Shown here: positions 1 to 13,960 of the stretch, piece after piece
Layout of the letters: each line of letters starts with the position of its first letter
Numbering within the stretch: position 1 is the stretch's first letter
Position numbers and translations under genes: made by a program
Source of the DNA: Basidiobolus meristosporus CBS 931.73
Taxonomy: Eukaryota > Fungi > Basidiobolomycota
NCBI GenBank assembly: GCA_002104905.1
Contig: MCFE01000544.1
Coordinates: 1-60,031, forward strand
DNA length: 60,031 bases
Direction: 5' to 3'
The notes under the pieces: model-generated
The model's database searches: none
Seen by the model: only the letters and a program-made list of their open reading frames with translations
Told to the model about the DNA's origin: nothing

Positions 1-2640
1 GTAGATAATGGATACAGTAGCGGCAGAGATCTACACATTCAGCTTTATGTTTGTAGTAAAGCTGCTCAAATCCCATCACAAACTCTTCACACAACAGCTG
101 TAGATGCATCAAGTTGGCATTAGTGATCCGCTTCTGGATAAATACTCCTACAATGTCCACATATGACTCCCAATGCTTCCAATGTACTCTTGGTAGGAAT
201 GGCTTCAGAACACCACTTGAATAAATACATATCCAGTTCACACAGTCTTTGCATTTGTATTGTTGCATATGCATATTAATATTAGTTGGAGCCTGTGAGA
301 AGTACTTAGGGTAGCAGATACTCTGTAATATCTTGCCAATTCTTTCAAATTTCTCCAGTATCTTGAAGGGCTCATTTAGCTTGAAATGCCTCATGTGCAA
401 CTTGATCATCAATATATGGATATTGTTGAAAAGCAAATGCATTGCTCCCAGTGGAAAGCTTTTGCTCCAACAAATACCCTCTATCTTAAGTATCTCCAGT
501 GTAGTGGGGTGACAGTGACACCCACCGACAGATGTGCTCATTCCCATGTTTTCTACTCTCCTATATCTCTACTACACTTGTTTTAGTTTTATCCCATTTG
601 TCTTACCCAATCAGTACTATCCCATAAGCTGGTTGACTATCACACCTGCTTACCTTATTGCATAAGTCACCCCTCACTTTATGTAAGATTACTAGCTATA
701 AGTGCTTCTATATTAGGCAAGTACCCGCACCAGTACCTGTAACACATGATCAAGCCATGTCACCACCTTTACCATTTCCGTACCATATATGGTATCCCTA
801 TGTTACACAGGTTTCAGAATACTGATTCCTGATTGGTTGGATGTGCTGTGCCTCTTAGAACCTTCCGGCACCTACTAAGAACATTCTTAGGTCATTCTGA
901 TGTCATTAAGATTTCTATTGATACCCGGAACCTTCTGGAATACCATGCTTAGTAATCACTTAGCCAGTGAGAAAAGTATATAAGGGAGGCTATCCCTCAA
1001 CAATAAATCATCATCCCTTTTATCAATATTCCAACTTGTTGATTAGTGTGATCACTGCTACCTGCTGCCACCTGAACTTCCAGCCCCAGACCACAGGACA
1101 CTCCCAGGAAACCGCGCTGACAGCCAACTGACCTTAGAGGCACTACTTGTGAGGAATACTCAGAGTAGGTATCTTTTATTATATTTGATTCTTTCCCAAG
1201 TTTGTTCTTGTACAGGCAAAGATACTTTTCTGTCTTTGTAACTATTGACCACAGCTGCATTCTTATCAAGTCCCTGCTAGTGGAGTCTACAGTTGTTTTG
1301 ACTTTGGAAGCATTAGTACATTGTCATCTCAAAGGACACTGAACCCAGCACATACTTTTGTTAAGACGCCAACTAAGTTGGGGATTGTAGCTCAATAGTT
1401 TTCCCTTGACAAGCTTGTGGCTTTGTTCCCCTTCACATTATATTATAGACAGAACCCAAGTATTCCTAGCAAGCTTTTGCCAGAGGTTATTGCACCCAGT
1501 GAACACCCCACACACAAAACACTCAAGAAGTGTTGGACATATTTCTCCCTTGGACCTATACACCACAACACCGGTTTCCAATTGATTCCATATTCTGGCC
1601 AATGGCTCATAGCTTGCCAACTTTGCTGCAATTGGATGCTTACTTCTGTATGTTCTCTCTGTGGAAAGATGATGTTCTTAGTGCTAGTGCTTGGGTAATA
1701 ATAATGTGTGTGAGTTATGGAGTATATCACCTGGATCTTACACATTTGACAGCAATACTGTCCATTGTGCCTGGAAAAACCCACCTTCTTGCTGATGGCT
1801 GGGATGTCTCCAATGCAGATAATAATATGCGGTTTTACATGATGGCCATTTAACATTATCCCGCTGGAAAGCTTACAAAATTCATCCAGTAATGGATACA
1901 GGTAGCTATCCAGGTCAGATGGTGATTTGGGTCCAGATACCAGTGAGACTATCATTGGATTGTTGCTCTGATACAGTAAGATGGGTGGCAGATTCAGATT
2001 GATGAGAATAAGTGGCCAGCAGGATTTGCTGTTAGAGTACTTGTTTAAAGAGAATCCATCAAGTCCTAAGGCAAAGGCATGGTCCTATATACCTTCAAAG
2101 TAGCCCTTGCTTCTTAGCTGATTGTAATATTTGCCATCAAGTATATTTGATATGTTTGCACTTGATTGATACTTAGTGTGGTTCTGTATAGCTTTGCAAT
2201 ATTTGTTGGACTGCATTAGCTTCCTCTGATGGGGTATGATCAGAATATATCTGGAGTGTGAACAATGTTTTCCCTCAATGGTGGTGGATTCCTGACAATT
2301 TGGACACATTGCAATGGTAGCATTTTGGATGTGAATGCCATGTAACTGTTAACACATGCTAGAATCAGGACAGTCTCAGGATCATATGTTGCCAGCCACA
2401 TGATGGTTGTCCACTTCTACAATGTACATGGTAAGTTGCATCCTGGTATGATTTTGACAAGAAGTAGTAATAAATCCTCCAAGCCCCCATTACTGATATT
2501 AGTGGAAACACACTACTTCTCTAGCCACAACATTACATCAATCACCAGTAGATGGATTACTGGGCTCACTTGGATCCATAAAGTATCCTTGGCATTTGTT
2601 TCAACGGTGTTGCCTAATTGCATATAGGCATTTGAATGGG
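1..2640 (-). pseudogene. CACTA/CMC (Transposase_21/Tnp2-like) transposase, decayed, split by solo LTR-A at 500-1570
   Basis: Minus-strand translation gives AFALGLDGFSLNKYSNSKSCWPLILINLNLPP, VSGPKSPSDLDSYLYPLLDEFCKL, ICIGDIPAISKKVGF and FEQLYYKHKAECVDLCRYCIHYL, all En/Spm Tnp2-type motifs. The frame continues across the LTR once one TSD copy is removed. Confidence 0.85.
500..1570 (+). mobile_element. Solo LTR, Ty3/gypsy family A (1071 bp)
   Basis: Termini TGTAGTGG...CACAACA. Near-identical to 3474-4543, 19547-20616 and the 5' LTR at 54685-55755. Flanks CCAG/CCGG are a 4-bp TSD with one CpG transition. Confidence 0.95.
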
Positions 2641-3242
2641 CTCATATGTGGTACTGTTGTTAGGGGAGATAGGCTCAAAATCCATCAGTAAACCTTCTTT
2701 GTCAGAGCTATCACTCTGTGTGCCATATTAAGAAGGCTTAGGTGGGCCTAGAGGCATCAAAAGCTCACCTGACTTACTTTTTGCAAGGTGACAAAGACAG
2801 CCAGGTGCTGATATAGAAGTATCAACTGGCCAGCAAGATAATGTTGGTAAGTAGTGACCAATGAATGGTCAAATATAACTGAGGTGGCAAAACACTGGCT
2901 GTGATCCTTGTAATACTTCCTATGCTGTCTGTGTGCTTCATGGCTGAAAGGCTTGCCACAATAGCCACATGGTCATTTTTCTCTTCTCTTACGGCATTGA
3001 ATCAAAGTAGTCTTGTCCATGGGGCAAATAGTTTGACCTTCAACAACATAACACTATTATATCACTTTTTGGTCAATACCTATGTGAGCTTAAGACAGTC
3101 TTGCATTTGAGACATTGCACCTACATGAATGTAAGATTCAATGATGACCTGCCATAGTAAGCATTATTAATAAAGTTGTGGCACCACATATACACATATA
3201 TGTAACACAATTTCCCCTTTGATTTGACTCATTCCCATACAT

Positions 3243-4660
3243 ATGCCGCCAAAAAATAAAGCAAAGTCATCTAGTTCTCAACCAAACGCCACTGCTGACA
3301 GCATCAGAAGAAAGGTTGGACAACAGCTTGCTTTGACATTGAGTGCATCAAGCAGGGCTACATCCAAAAAAGGCACTGTGGACAGTATGCCCATTGAAGG
3401 TAATAATGCAGACTCCTCAGGCTCTCAGTCACGTAGGCAATTAAGAACCTCTGCAGAGCCACAAGCTGACTGTTGTGGTGGTGTATAAGTCCAAGGGAGA
3501 GATACGTCCAACACTTCTCAGGTGTTTTGTATGTGGGGTGTTCACTCGGTGCAATAACCTCTGGCAAAAGCTTGCTAGGAATACTTGGGTTCTGTCTCTA
3601 ATATAATGTGAAGGGGAATAAAGCCACAAGCTTGTCAAGGGAAAACTATTGAGCTACAATCCCCAACTTAGTTGGCGTCTTAACAAAAGTATGTGCTGGG
3701 TTCAGTGTCCTTTGAGATGACAATGTACTAATGCTTCCAAAGTCAAAACAACTGTAGACTCCACTAGCAGGGACTTGATAAGAATGCAGCTGTGGTCAAT
3801 AGTTACAAAGACAGAAAAGTATCTTTGCCTGTGCAAGAACAAACTTGGGAAAGAATCAAATATAATAGAAGATACCTACTCTGAGTATTCCTCATAAGTA
3901 GTGCCTCTAAGGTCAATTGGCTGTCAGCGTGGTTTCCTGGGAGTGTCCTGTGGTCTGGGGTTGGAAGCTCAGGTAGCAGCAGGTAGCAGTGATCACACTA
4001 ATCAACAAGTCGGAATATTGATAAAAGGGATGATGATTTATTGTTGAGGGATAGCCTCCCTTATATACTTTTCTCACTGGCTAAGTGATTACTAATCATG
4101 GTGTTCCAGAAGGTTCTGGATATCAATAGAAATCTTAATGATATCAGAATGACCTAAGAATGTTCTAAGTAGGTGCCGGAAGGTTCTAAGAGGCACAGCA
4201 CATCCAACCAATCAAGAATCAGTATTCTGAAACCTGTGTAACATAGGGATACCATATATGGTATGGAAATGGTAGGGATGGTGACACGGGTTGATCATGT
4301 GTTACAGGTACTGGCACAGGTACTTGCCTAATATAGAAGTACTTATAGCTAGTAATCTACATAAAGTGAGGGGTAACTTATGCAATAAGGTAAGCAGGTG
4401 TAATAGTCAACCAGCTTATGGGATAGTACTGATTGGGTAAGACAAATGGGATAAAACTAAAATAAGTGTAGTAGAGATATAGGGAAGTAGAAAATGAGGG
4501 AATGAGAACATATGTCAGTGGGTATCACTGTCACCCCACTACACCATTATGCTCAGGCAGATGAGAATGTAGCAAACACAGTACCTTCAGCTGAAGATCA
4601 GCAAGTGGCCATGACAACATCACCACCACCCATATTAGCAGGTATGTTGTCAGCTTATAA
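3243..4660 (+). pseudogene. N-terminus of CMC ORF2 (MPPKNKAK...), divergent from the transposase, split by solo LTR-A
   Basis: ORF 3243 MPPKNKAKSS...EPQAD resumes after the LTR as YAQADENVANTVP...MTTSPPPILAG. Homologous to 32750-33031/41179+ and to the minus strand of 46300-46774. Confidence 0.7.
3474..4543 (-). mobile_element. Solo LTR, family A (1070 bp), inverted
   Basis: Reverse complement of 500-1570. Flanks CTGT/CCAT are both single CpG-transition derivatives of CCGT. Confidence 0.95.
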
Positions 4661-7543
4661 GCCAATAGGACTCAGTTTCAGCATTGACAATACTGGATGT
4701 GGGATCACTGATCAAAATGGTGCTCATACTGCTTTGGGTATCAGAGATTGAAATCTATACTAGTGGACTTCTATTCCATCATATCTGGAAGCCAATAGAA
4801 GTAACTTAAATGAGGAAACACCAATGCTATGGCACAGGAGATTTGGGCACATCAATTTTGATTATTTGCACAAAATGATCTAAAATGAGCTAATTTCCAG
4901 AGTAAAAATTGATCCCCAAGCTAATTTGGAGCACTGTGAAGCCTACATATAAGAGAAACAAGCCAGACAACTGTTCAAGAGCTCTGTGTTAGTCAAGAGT
5001 AAGAAAAGATTAGATATAAATCACTCTGAACTATGTGAACATATGTAAAAATTATCCTTAGGTGGGATGAAGTATTTAATCACTTTATTTGATAATTATA
5101 CAAGATACATATGGATCTACTTCATGGAGAGAAAGTAAGAAGCTCTGTCTAACTTTGGGGAGCTTACATTGGTGGTGGAGAGAGAACCTGGTGGAAAATC
5201 AAGAAAATAAGCTCTGACAATGGTGCAGAATTTACCTCAAAACTTGTCATCCACTTCTGCAAAATTCTTGGCATAAAGCAAGAGACTACTGTACTATACT
5301 CCCCACAGCAAAATGAAGTAGCAGAATGTGCAAACAGATCAATAACTGACATGGAAAGATCTATGATCCATGATTAAAAGTTATCCTATGATTTTTGGGT
5401 GGAATCAGTTGCTGCAGCTGTTTTCCTTGAAAAGAGGAGCTATAACAGAATACTTAGTGATTCTACTCCACTTGAAGCATGGTATGGATACAGACCAACT
5501 GCAGAACATCAAGAACTTTTGGGTGTACAGCGTATGCCCAGAAACTGCCCAGAAATCAGTAAAAATTTGAGCCAAAAAGTGTAAAATATATATTTTTTGG
5601 CTGCTACAATGAGAGTGTAGCATACAGACTCTAGGGTACCAAAGCAAAGAAGCCAATCAAGCCCAGGGATGTGCTTTTTGATGAAAATTCAGAGTTTTTA
5701 CACTAATATGACATCAGATGATGACAAAAATCTGATCTCAAATCTACCAATTTTCCAAATTGAATCAGAGCAAAATAATGAGGATTATTTCACTCAGTAG
5801 GACTCTACAACTGTGGTTCAGCCTGAATTACTGCCCAGGAGCTTCCCAGAAGAGATCATTCCAGTATCAAATGCCTGGAGATCCAACTGGACAAGAAACA
5901 GACAAAATTAGTATATCAGTGAGGGTACAAACTTAGCCTATGCCTATTCAGTCCATATAGACAAGCCCCAGGCTGTAAAACAGGCATTAAACAGCACTCA
6001 GACAAAGTATTGGGGATCAGCAATGACTGAGGAATATCAGGCCCTGATGGAAAATCAAACTTGAGACTTGGTCAAATTATCAATCAACCAATGATCAATT
6101 GGATTCAGATGAGTCTTCAGAACAAAATAACAGGCTAATGGTACAATCGGAAGATACAAAGCAAGACTTGTGGCCAAAGAATACTCTCAAACAACAGGAC
6201 TTGACTATACTGAGACCTTTGCATTGGTAGCCAAGTTTAATTCCATCAGATTAATATTGGCTATTGTGGTCAAATATTAGTTTCTTATTCATCCATTGGA
6301 TGTAAAAGCTGCATTCTTGAATGATATCTTAATGAGGACATGTATATGAGCCAGCCTGATGGGTTTGCTGACCAAGATAACCTCTACTTGGTCTGCAAGC
6401 TTAAGAAGTGTCTAAATGGTCTCAATCAATCACCAAGAGCCTGGAGTTGCAAAATAGATTCTTATTTAGAGTTTTTGAGCTTTCAAAGGAGTAATGCTGA
6501 CTATAGTATATACTATATGCCAGATAGAACAAATCCAGCTCTATTAGCTCTATATGTGGATGATCTTATTATAGCCTCCAATAACCTAGCAACATTAGAA
6601 GAGACTAGATCCAGCCTATCTAAGGAGTTCAAGGTGTCCAATCTAGGAGAACTCAGTTACTAACTAGGGATTAAGTTCTCCATAGACAGAAGTACCCAGA
6701 CTATTACCCTAGGCTAATCCAAGTATATTCAAGATATACTAAAGAAGTACCAAATGGAAGACTGTGAACTGGCAGCTACCCCCATGGAGACAAACCTTAA
6801 CTTGGTCAAAATGCAATCAAATCAAGAGAGCTTGGTGCCATCTGAAAGCCCTGACTTTCCCTGTCAATCTATAATTGGCAGTATGATGTATATCATGCTT
6901 GGTACATGTCCACATATCTTGTATTTGATGGGAGCTGTCAGCCAACATAATCAGAACTATGGATCTGATCATATTGCAGCAGTTAAGTGGATTTTTAGAT
7001 ACCTAAGAGGAACTGCTAATATCTGCTTAAGATACACTAATAAGAGAACAGAACAGGATCCTGTGGGATATTCTGATGATGATTAGGGACAAAATTGGAT
7101 GACAGAAGATCCACCACAGAATACACCTTTGTTTACTGTAAATGAGCAATTTCATGGAACTTGAGAAAGCAACCAACTCTACCACTTTCTACCAAAGAGG
7201 CAGAATATAAGGCAGCCTATGAAGCTACAGAAGAAGTAATGTGGTTAAGAAAGCTTTTTACTGATTTAGGGCTATGCCAAAATATGCTAATTGCTTTATT
7301 TCAAGATAATCAGTGTTACATACAATTAGGTAGAAATCCAACTTTTCATGCCACAACTGAGCAGATAGATATTAGATATCATTTCATATATGAAGCTACA
7401 GAGAATAACTGAGTTAGCTTAGTTTACTATCCCTCAGATGAAATGATTGCAGACATATTTACCAAACCATTATCCAGAGACAAGTTTGAATATCTTAGGT
7501 CAAAATTAGGATTGGTGAGTATCAATATTTAGCTCAGTGGGAG

Positions 7544-8626
7544 TGTTGTAAAGGTTTGGAATTCCACTTAAATATTCCCCTAACTCAGTCACTTAGATCA
7601 TCATCTTCAGTACCGGAGAATGCTGACCAAATCCCTTGTTGGGATTTACTTGGAATATTTTCAGCAAAATACTAGGTACCCAGAACATGAAAATTTTCAA
7701 AGTTGTCCAAACAGCCTCAGACTTTGCACACATGCTCTTGGGGCCTTTCTTAGCCTATTCTATGCGTTTGTAAAGCCAAGATCATGTAAAAGTATAATTA
7801 CCAGTTTTAAACTCACTAAATCATTAGACTTGTCTGTTGAATAATGCCACATTGAGCTATAAGTGCCAAATGATGCCATTGTGTGCCAGGGAGGCCAGGT
7901 GAGCTTATACTTGGCCACATTGTGCAAAACCTAGCTCTGCATCTTCATGCAAAGCAGCCCCTGCGTTTCACCCATTGTGCTGGAGAAAATCCATTTTTTG
8001 ACCTTTTTTTGCGCATCAATGTTGTTCACAATATGTAAGAGCACAAAAGGATTGAAGATATGCATCTGGCACTCAATACCCATGGCACTCTAAATATAGC
8101 TCCTGTGGCTTGTAAAATGTCACAAAAATGCATGGCACTATCTTGGTCCATTGGCACTATCCGGCACCATATTTAGTCATTAGCCCTAAAGTAAGACCTT
8201 TACAAAGCACTTATAGTGCCAGATAGTACCAGTGGGCCAAGATAGTGCCATGCATTTTTGTGACATGTTACAAGCCACAGGAGCTAGATTTAGAGAGCCA
8301 TGGGTACTCAGTACCAGATGCATATCTTTAATTTTTTTGTGCTCTTAAAAATCCTGAACCACATTGATCCACAAAAAAAAGTAAAGAAATGCATTTTCTT
8401 CTGCATAATGGGTGAAGCACAGGGGCTGCCTTGCATGAAGATGCAGAGCTATGTTCCACACTCTGTGGGCAAGTATAAGCTCTTTTGGCCTCTCTGGCAC
8501 ACTATGGCATCTTTTAGCACTCATGGCTCAATGTGGCACTATCAAATTGAACAAGTCTATTAAGTGAAAACCAAATAGTCTACTGTCCTCACAATCACTT
8601 CCAGTATCCCCAAGGCTCTTACAACT
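7544..8626 (+). repeat. 3' LTR of copia E (~347 bp) interrupted by a foldback MITE
   Basis: Matches LTR-E copies at 33032-33378, 40831-41178 and 48087-48433 once 7826-8558 plus one ATT is removed (AAATC-ATT-AAGTG). Confidence 0.85.
7826..8558. mobile_element. Non-autonomous foldback MITE (733 bp, ~345-bp inverted arms, ~40-bp spacer), TSD ATT
   Basis: Termini AGACTTG...CAAGTCT. The arms are reverse complements along their length, with repeated GGCACTAT/ATAGTGCC motifs. The empty site is seen in other LTR-E copies. Confidence 0.92.
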
Positions 8627-9025
8627 GAAGATACACTCTGATAATTGTGAGCTTTATACCTGAAAACTCTCTATTAAATTGTGCAAAGTTCATAGGATAA
8701 ACCAAGATACTGCTGTAACATATTCCTACAGAAAATGAAGGAGCAGTACCTGCAAAGAGATCAATAATTGATGTGGTACGATCTATAATCATGATCAATA
8801 TTGTCTTATGATTTTTGGGTAGTATCAGTTACTACAGCTGTATCTCAAAGATAGGAGTGTTTGCAGAGTACTTTGCAATTCTACCGCATTTGAGGCATGG
8901 CATGGCTATAGACCAAGTGCAGAGAACCTAAAAATACTTGGGTGATTAGTATATGCCAAGAAACCACCTGGAAATCAGTCAAAATATGATCCAAAAGGTT
9001 AAAATGCTTATTTCCAAGTTACTCC

Positions 9026-12000
9026 TGTTATGATCTGCCGCTTGAATGTTTAAGTTAGATTAGTTTTTAGTCAAATCAATTAGTATATGTTTAGGTTATC
9101 AGTATATCAGTATTATCTATGAAATCAGTAGCATTAGTCAGCAAATGAATCAGCAGATCCTTATCAGACAGAAATAGATATATTAAGTAGGATCTTATTG
9201 GGTGATGCTGATGCAATCAAATGAGTCATCAGCCACAACCTACATTAGGAAATACAATTAGTCAGCAATTGATCTGGCAAAATGTATATAAGGAGCTGCT
9301 GGAACCTCAATAAAAATCAGTTCAAGTTTTAGTGAATACAATACTAGCTAAACTCCCTATTCCTCTACAACTCTTATACCAAGACTTGTAACATTGGTAG
9401 CAGCAAAACCAGAAACCTCCCTCCTGAAGAAAGAAGAAACCACCCTCAAGATGTCGGATAATCAAGAATGGAAGAATGCCATGCAGCAAATCCTGGCCCA
9501 ACAGCAACAGTTACTCCAGATCCTCAGCCAACAGCAACAAGGAATGGCTACCATGGCTCAGAGCCAGCAAAGCCCTGTCAAGAGCAACTTTAGTGTGAAG
9601 GTCAACTGGTACCATGGCAGAGTCAATGAAAACCTGGGAACTTGGCTCTTTCAGATTGAAGAAGCATTTAAAGCTAAAGGAATTGCTCCAGAGAGCAAGT
9701 TGCATTATGCAGCTTCTTACCTGGCAGATGCAGCTTTACAGTGGTACCACAACAAGATCAGGTCAGCTACTATGATGGGATGCTCTACAATCTCTACCTG
9801 GGATGAGTTTGTGTCGGAAATTCAGGATGCTTTTGAACCTCCACACCAGCAGACACTACTAAGAAGAAAGTTAAAGACACTCAGACAGAAAGGAATGGTG
9901 CAAGAATACATCTATGAGTACAGATGTCTACTTGGACAAATTGAAAGAATGGACCCCTTGGATCAAGATGAATACTTTGTTGATGGGTTGAAAGAAAGAA
10001 CTTGCAAGGAAGTCAATTACCAAAGACCTCAGACTATTGAAGAAGCCATCAAGATTGCCATTGACTATGACTCAGCTATGTTTGGAGTTGGGAAGCCTAC
10101 AGTGACTAATCAGAAAGGCTATAATCATTATGAAAGAAGACAATCAGAAGTAGTACCAATGGAAATAGATGCTATGCAGAAGAATCCCTCCTCAGAAGAA
10201 TGCAAGAAGAGAGGACTTTGCTTCAATTGCCACCAGCAGGGACATATTGCAAAGTACTGCCCTAAGAGAAGAAATGAACACCAGCCAACAAGAACCTTCA
10301 ACCATATTGAGTCCCATGAACACAGTAATGTGGAAGATGAGCTTGAAGAATACTTGGAACTCACCTTCCATATGACAGAAGAGTACTTGTCCCATATGAC
10401 TTCAAACTCAGGGAAGTTATTATACTTGAATGGAGTAATCAATGGAGTACCTGCCAAGATCATGATTGACTTGGGAGCATTGCATGAGTACATGTCAGAG
10501 CAATTTGCTTTGAAAGCTGGAATCAACTCGGAACCTACCAAATCAACTTCAGTTTCCACCGCTGATGGGAACTCCCACATAATCAACCGTATTACCCAGC
10601 CAGTAAGAATGAAGATCAATGACTATGAAGAAGACCTACAGGCTTATATATTTGGGAACTGCAAGTTTGACATTGTACTTGGGAAAACCTGGCTATTTTG
10701 TTGTAATCCATCAATCAACTGGAGAACCCATGCTACTCAGATCCAAAAAGACAACAAGACCTATGAGCTATTACCAGCCAGGCTGGATTTCAACTTGGTC
10801 AATTCCAGTGTGTGTGAGACAAGTGAGCTTAGCAAGACCCAGTTCTGTAGAGCACTGAGAAAAGGTATCCAGATGTTCCTCATGGCAGTATTACAGGAGG
10901 ATTCCTCTACCCCAGCACCCCAGCAGGTCCAGACTCTCTTGAAGAAATATTCAGACATGTTTCCAGATGAGCTTGTAAGCCTACCACCAGTCAGAGACGT
11001 GGATCATGCCATTGACACAGGAGATAGCCCTCCAGTGAGCAAGACACCTTACAGAATGAGTCCATTAGAATTGGAGGAAATGAAGAGACAAATTGATCAG
11101 CTATTGGAACAAGGATACATCAGGCCCAGCAAGTCACCCTGGGGAGCACCAGTGCTTTTTGTGAAAAAGAAGGATGGAACACTTAGGATGTGCATTGACT
11201 ACAGAGCCCTGAACTCAGTTACCGTCAAGAATAAGTACCCCATACCTTGGATTGATGAGCTTTTGGACCAACTTAATGGCACCACTATTTTCAGCAAGAT
11301 TGACCTCATGTCAGGATACAACCAGATTAGAGTGAAACCAGAAGATATCCCTAAGACAGCATTCAGGACCAGATATGGACATTATGAGTACTTAGTCATG
11401 AGTTTTGGCCTCACTAATGCCCCTGCAACATTCATGACGCTGATGCAGACTGTCTTTCAGGAGTACTTAGACAAGTTTGTGATAATCTACCTGGATGACA
11501 TATTGATATACAGCAAGACAGAAGAGGATGACATAGTGCACATTGAAAAGGTCTTGAAGAAACTAAGAGAGAACAAGCTATATGGCAAACTAGCCAAGTG
11601 TGAATTCTTCAAGGAACACATAGAATATCTGGGACACATAGTTACTAGCACAGGAGTAACCTTAGACCCCAAGAAGGTGGAAGTAATCAAGAATTTGAAG
11701 CAGCCCCATAGCATATCAGAACTCAGATCCTTCCTTGGAATGGTTTCCTATTATCGGAGATTTGTCAAGTCATTTGCAAGTATTGCAGCCCCTTTAACTG
11801 ATATCCTCAAGAAAGACAATACCTACAAGTGGGACATAGCTTGTGAGACTGCCTTCCAGACGCTAAAGAATGAACTTGCTAAACTGCCAAGCTTAAGAAT
11901 ACCAGACTTCAGAAAAGAGTTCACTCTATGCACAGATGCTTCAGATTATGCAATTGGTGGAGTGCTGAGCCAAGAACACAAGGGAAAGACTACCCTGTTG

Positions 12001-13960
12001 CCTTTGAATCCAAGAAACTGAACTCAGCAGAACAAAACTATCCAGTCCATGAGAAGGAGATGCTTGCTATAGTACACTGTTTGAAGACATGAAGATGCTA
12101 TATTGAAGGAGTCAAATGCACTGTGAAGACTGATCATGCCTCCCTCAAGTATATATTTACTCAGAAGGTACTCTCTAGAAGAATGACAAGATGGAGTGAA
12201 TACATTCAGCAATTTGACCTGGAGATTGTCTACTGTCCTGGAAAAAACAACACAGTTGCTGATGCCTTATCAAGATTAGATCAAGTTGCACAACTCAACT
12301 TGGTGCATGAATCAGATTGGCCTAGCCTATTACCAAAGTACTTGGAGGACCAAGTCATTCATAATGAGGTGGATGAAGATATCAAGAAGATAATCCGTGA
12401 TGAAGCCAGCAAATTTGTTGTACAGAATGAAACACTCTACCAAATTGTTGATGGAAGCCCTATTGCCTATTGTCCTTATGTTGCTTGCCTGGATTTAATA
12501 CATAAGATACACAATGGATATGGACATCTTGGGATTGAAGGAACCTATAGCCTTGTGAAAGCCAGAGCATGGTGGCCCAGAATGAAACAAGACATTGAGA
12601 AGCTAGTAAAAACATGCCCAAACTGCCAAATCAATCAGGGCCAACCACAAAGAATTGCCAAACTCTTCCCTTTGGAGCCTGTAAGACCATTTGAGAGATG
12701 GGGAATTGACTTTATTGGAAGAATGCCAACTACCAGGAAATGCAACTGTTGGATCCTAGTAGCAATTGACCATACCACTAAATGGCCAGTTGCTAAAGCT
12801 GTACCAATAGCCAGTGAACAAGAAGTTCCAAGTTTAATTTACCATGAGATCCTAATGAAGTTTGGATGCCCTGTGGAGATCTTATCCAATAGAGGAGCAA
12901 ATTTTATGGCAAAGACATTAGAGGCTTACCTGGAAATGCAGCAGATCAGACACTTGAAAACCTTGGCATATCACCCCAGAACTAATGGAGTCACTGAGCG
13001 GTTTAATGGTTATTTGGAAAAATGCTGACCAAGTATGCAAATGGAGTTGTCAGTAGATGGGATGAGTATATAGACCAAGCACTCTTTGCATGCAGAGTCA
13101 GAGTACACAACACCACCCAGCAATCACCATTTTACTTAGTTTGTGGATGTGAACCAAGGATTCCAGGAGATCTCACACAACCAAAACTTACAGACACCTC
13201 AGAAGATGAACTCAGTCAGCCAAGTAGACACCAGCAGCTGGAACAAAGACGTCAAGAGGCACAGACCAAAGTATCTCAAAGTGCAGAAAAGATGAAGCAG
13301 AGATTTGATAAGACTATAGCACCAGAAGCATTGACAGTTGGGAACTTTGTATTGCTAAGAAACAACACTTGAAAGAAGTTTGAGCCACAATGGACAGGAC
13401 CATTCAAGATCATCAGAGAATGTCCATTTGCAACTTACCAACTGGTGGACAAACAAGGCAATGTCCGGGAAGACTTAGTGCATAGGGACAGACTCAAGCG
13501 TGCAAGACTTGCTGATAATACTGAACCATCAAGATATTGGTATCACAAGAAAAGAGATTCAGGAGAACCCTCTCAACTTTAGTAGGGGAGAATGTTATGA
13601 TCTGCCGCTTGAATGTTTAAGTTAGATTAGTTTTTAGTCAAATCAATTAGTATATGTTTAGGTTATCAGGATATCAGTATTATCTATGAAATCAGTAGCA
13701 TTAGTCAGCAAATGAATAAGCAGATCCTTATCAGACAGAAATAGATATATTAAGTAGGATCTTATTGGGTGATGATGATGCAATCAAATGAGGCATCAGC
13801 CACAGCCTACATTAGGAAATACAATTAGTCAGCAATTGATCTGGCAAAATGTATATAAGGAGCTGCTGGAACCTCAATAAAAATCAGTTCAAGTTTTAGT
13901 GAATACAATACTAGCTAAACTCCCTATTCCTCTACAACTCTTATACCAAGACTTGTAACA
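9026..13960 (+). mobile_element. Full-length Ty3/gypsy family B, copy 1 (decayed), TSD CTCC
   Basis: 368-bp LTRs at 9026-9393 and 13593-13960 (5 differences counted). PBS-like TGGTAGCAGC at 9395, PPT AGTAGGGGAGAA at 13581-13592, CTCC on both flanks. Confidence 0.97.
9451..13582 (+). pseudogene. gag-pol: gag-pol of family B copy 1
   Basis: Colinear with the intact 1377-aa ORF. Lesions: 1-nt deletions near 11990 and 13015, TGA at ~12090 and at 13370-13372, and protease DSG changed to DLG. Confidence 0.95.

Larger units (their letters stand above)
4662..8626 (+). mobile_element. Degenerate Ty1/copia family E: gag-pre-integrase, integrase, RT, RNase H and 3' LTR
   Basis: Fragments LWHRRFGHIN, ALYVDDLIIAS, GYSDDD and QPTLPLSTKEAEY...IDIRYHF. 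Purine tract GTGGGAG precedes the LTR start TGTTGTAAA at 7544. Many stops and frameshifts. Confidence 0.88.

Noticed and set aside
997-1269. 90-aa antisense ORF repeated in three LTR-A copies (also 20043-20315, 55182-55454)
   Set aside because: Its recurrence follows from LTR identity. It has a non-ATG start, no motif, and a stop in the fourth copy (~3895).
4642-4647. GTATGT splice donor in ORF2
   Set aside because: The homologous copy at ~41205 reads through as coding sequence without the donor.
8300-8563. ORFs inside the foldback MITEs (also 46074-46271)
   Set aside because: They lie within palindromic arms, differ in length between copies and show no domain.
9511-12212. Antisense ORFs overlapping family B gag-pol (and mirrored at 27776-31104)
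   Set aside because: They are shadow frames of a coding sequence duplicated in two copies, with no independent signal.
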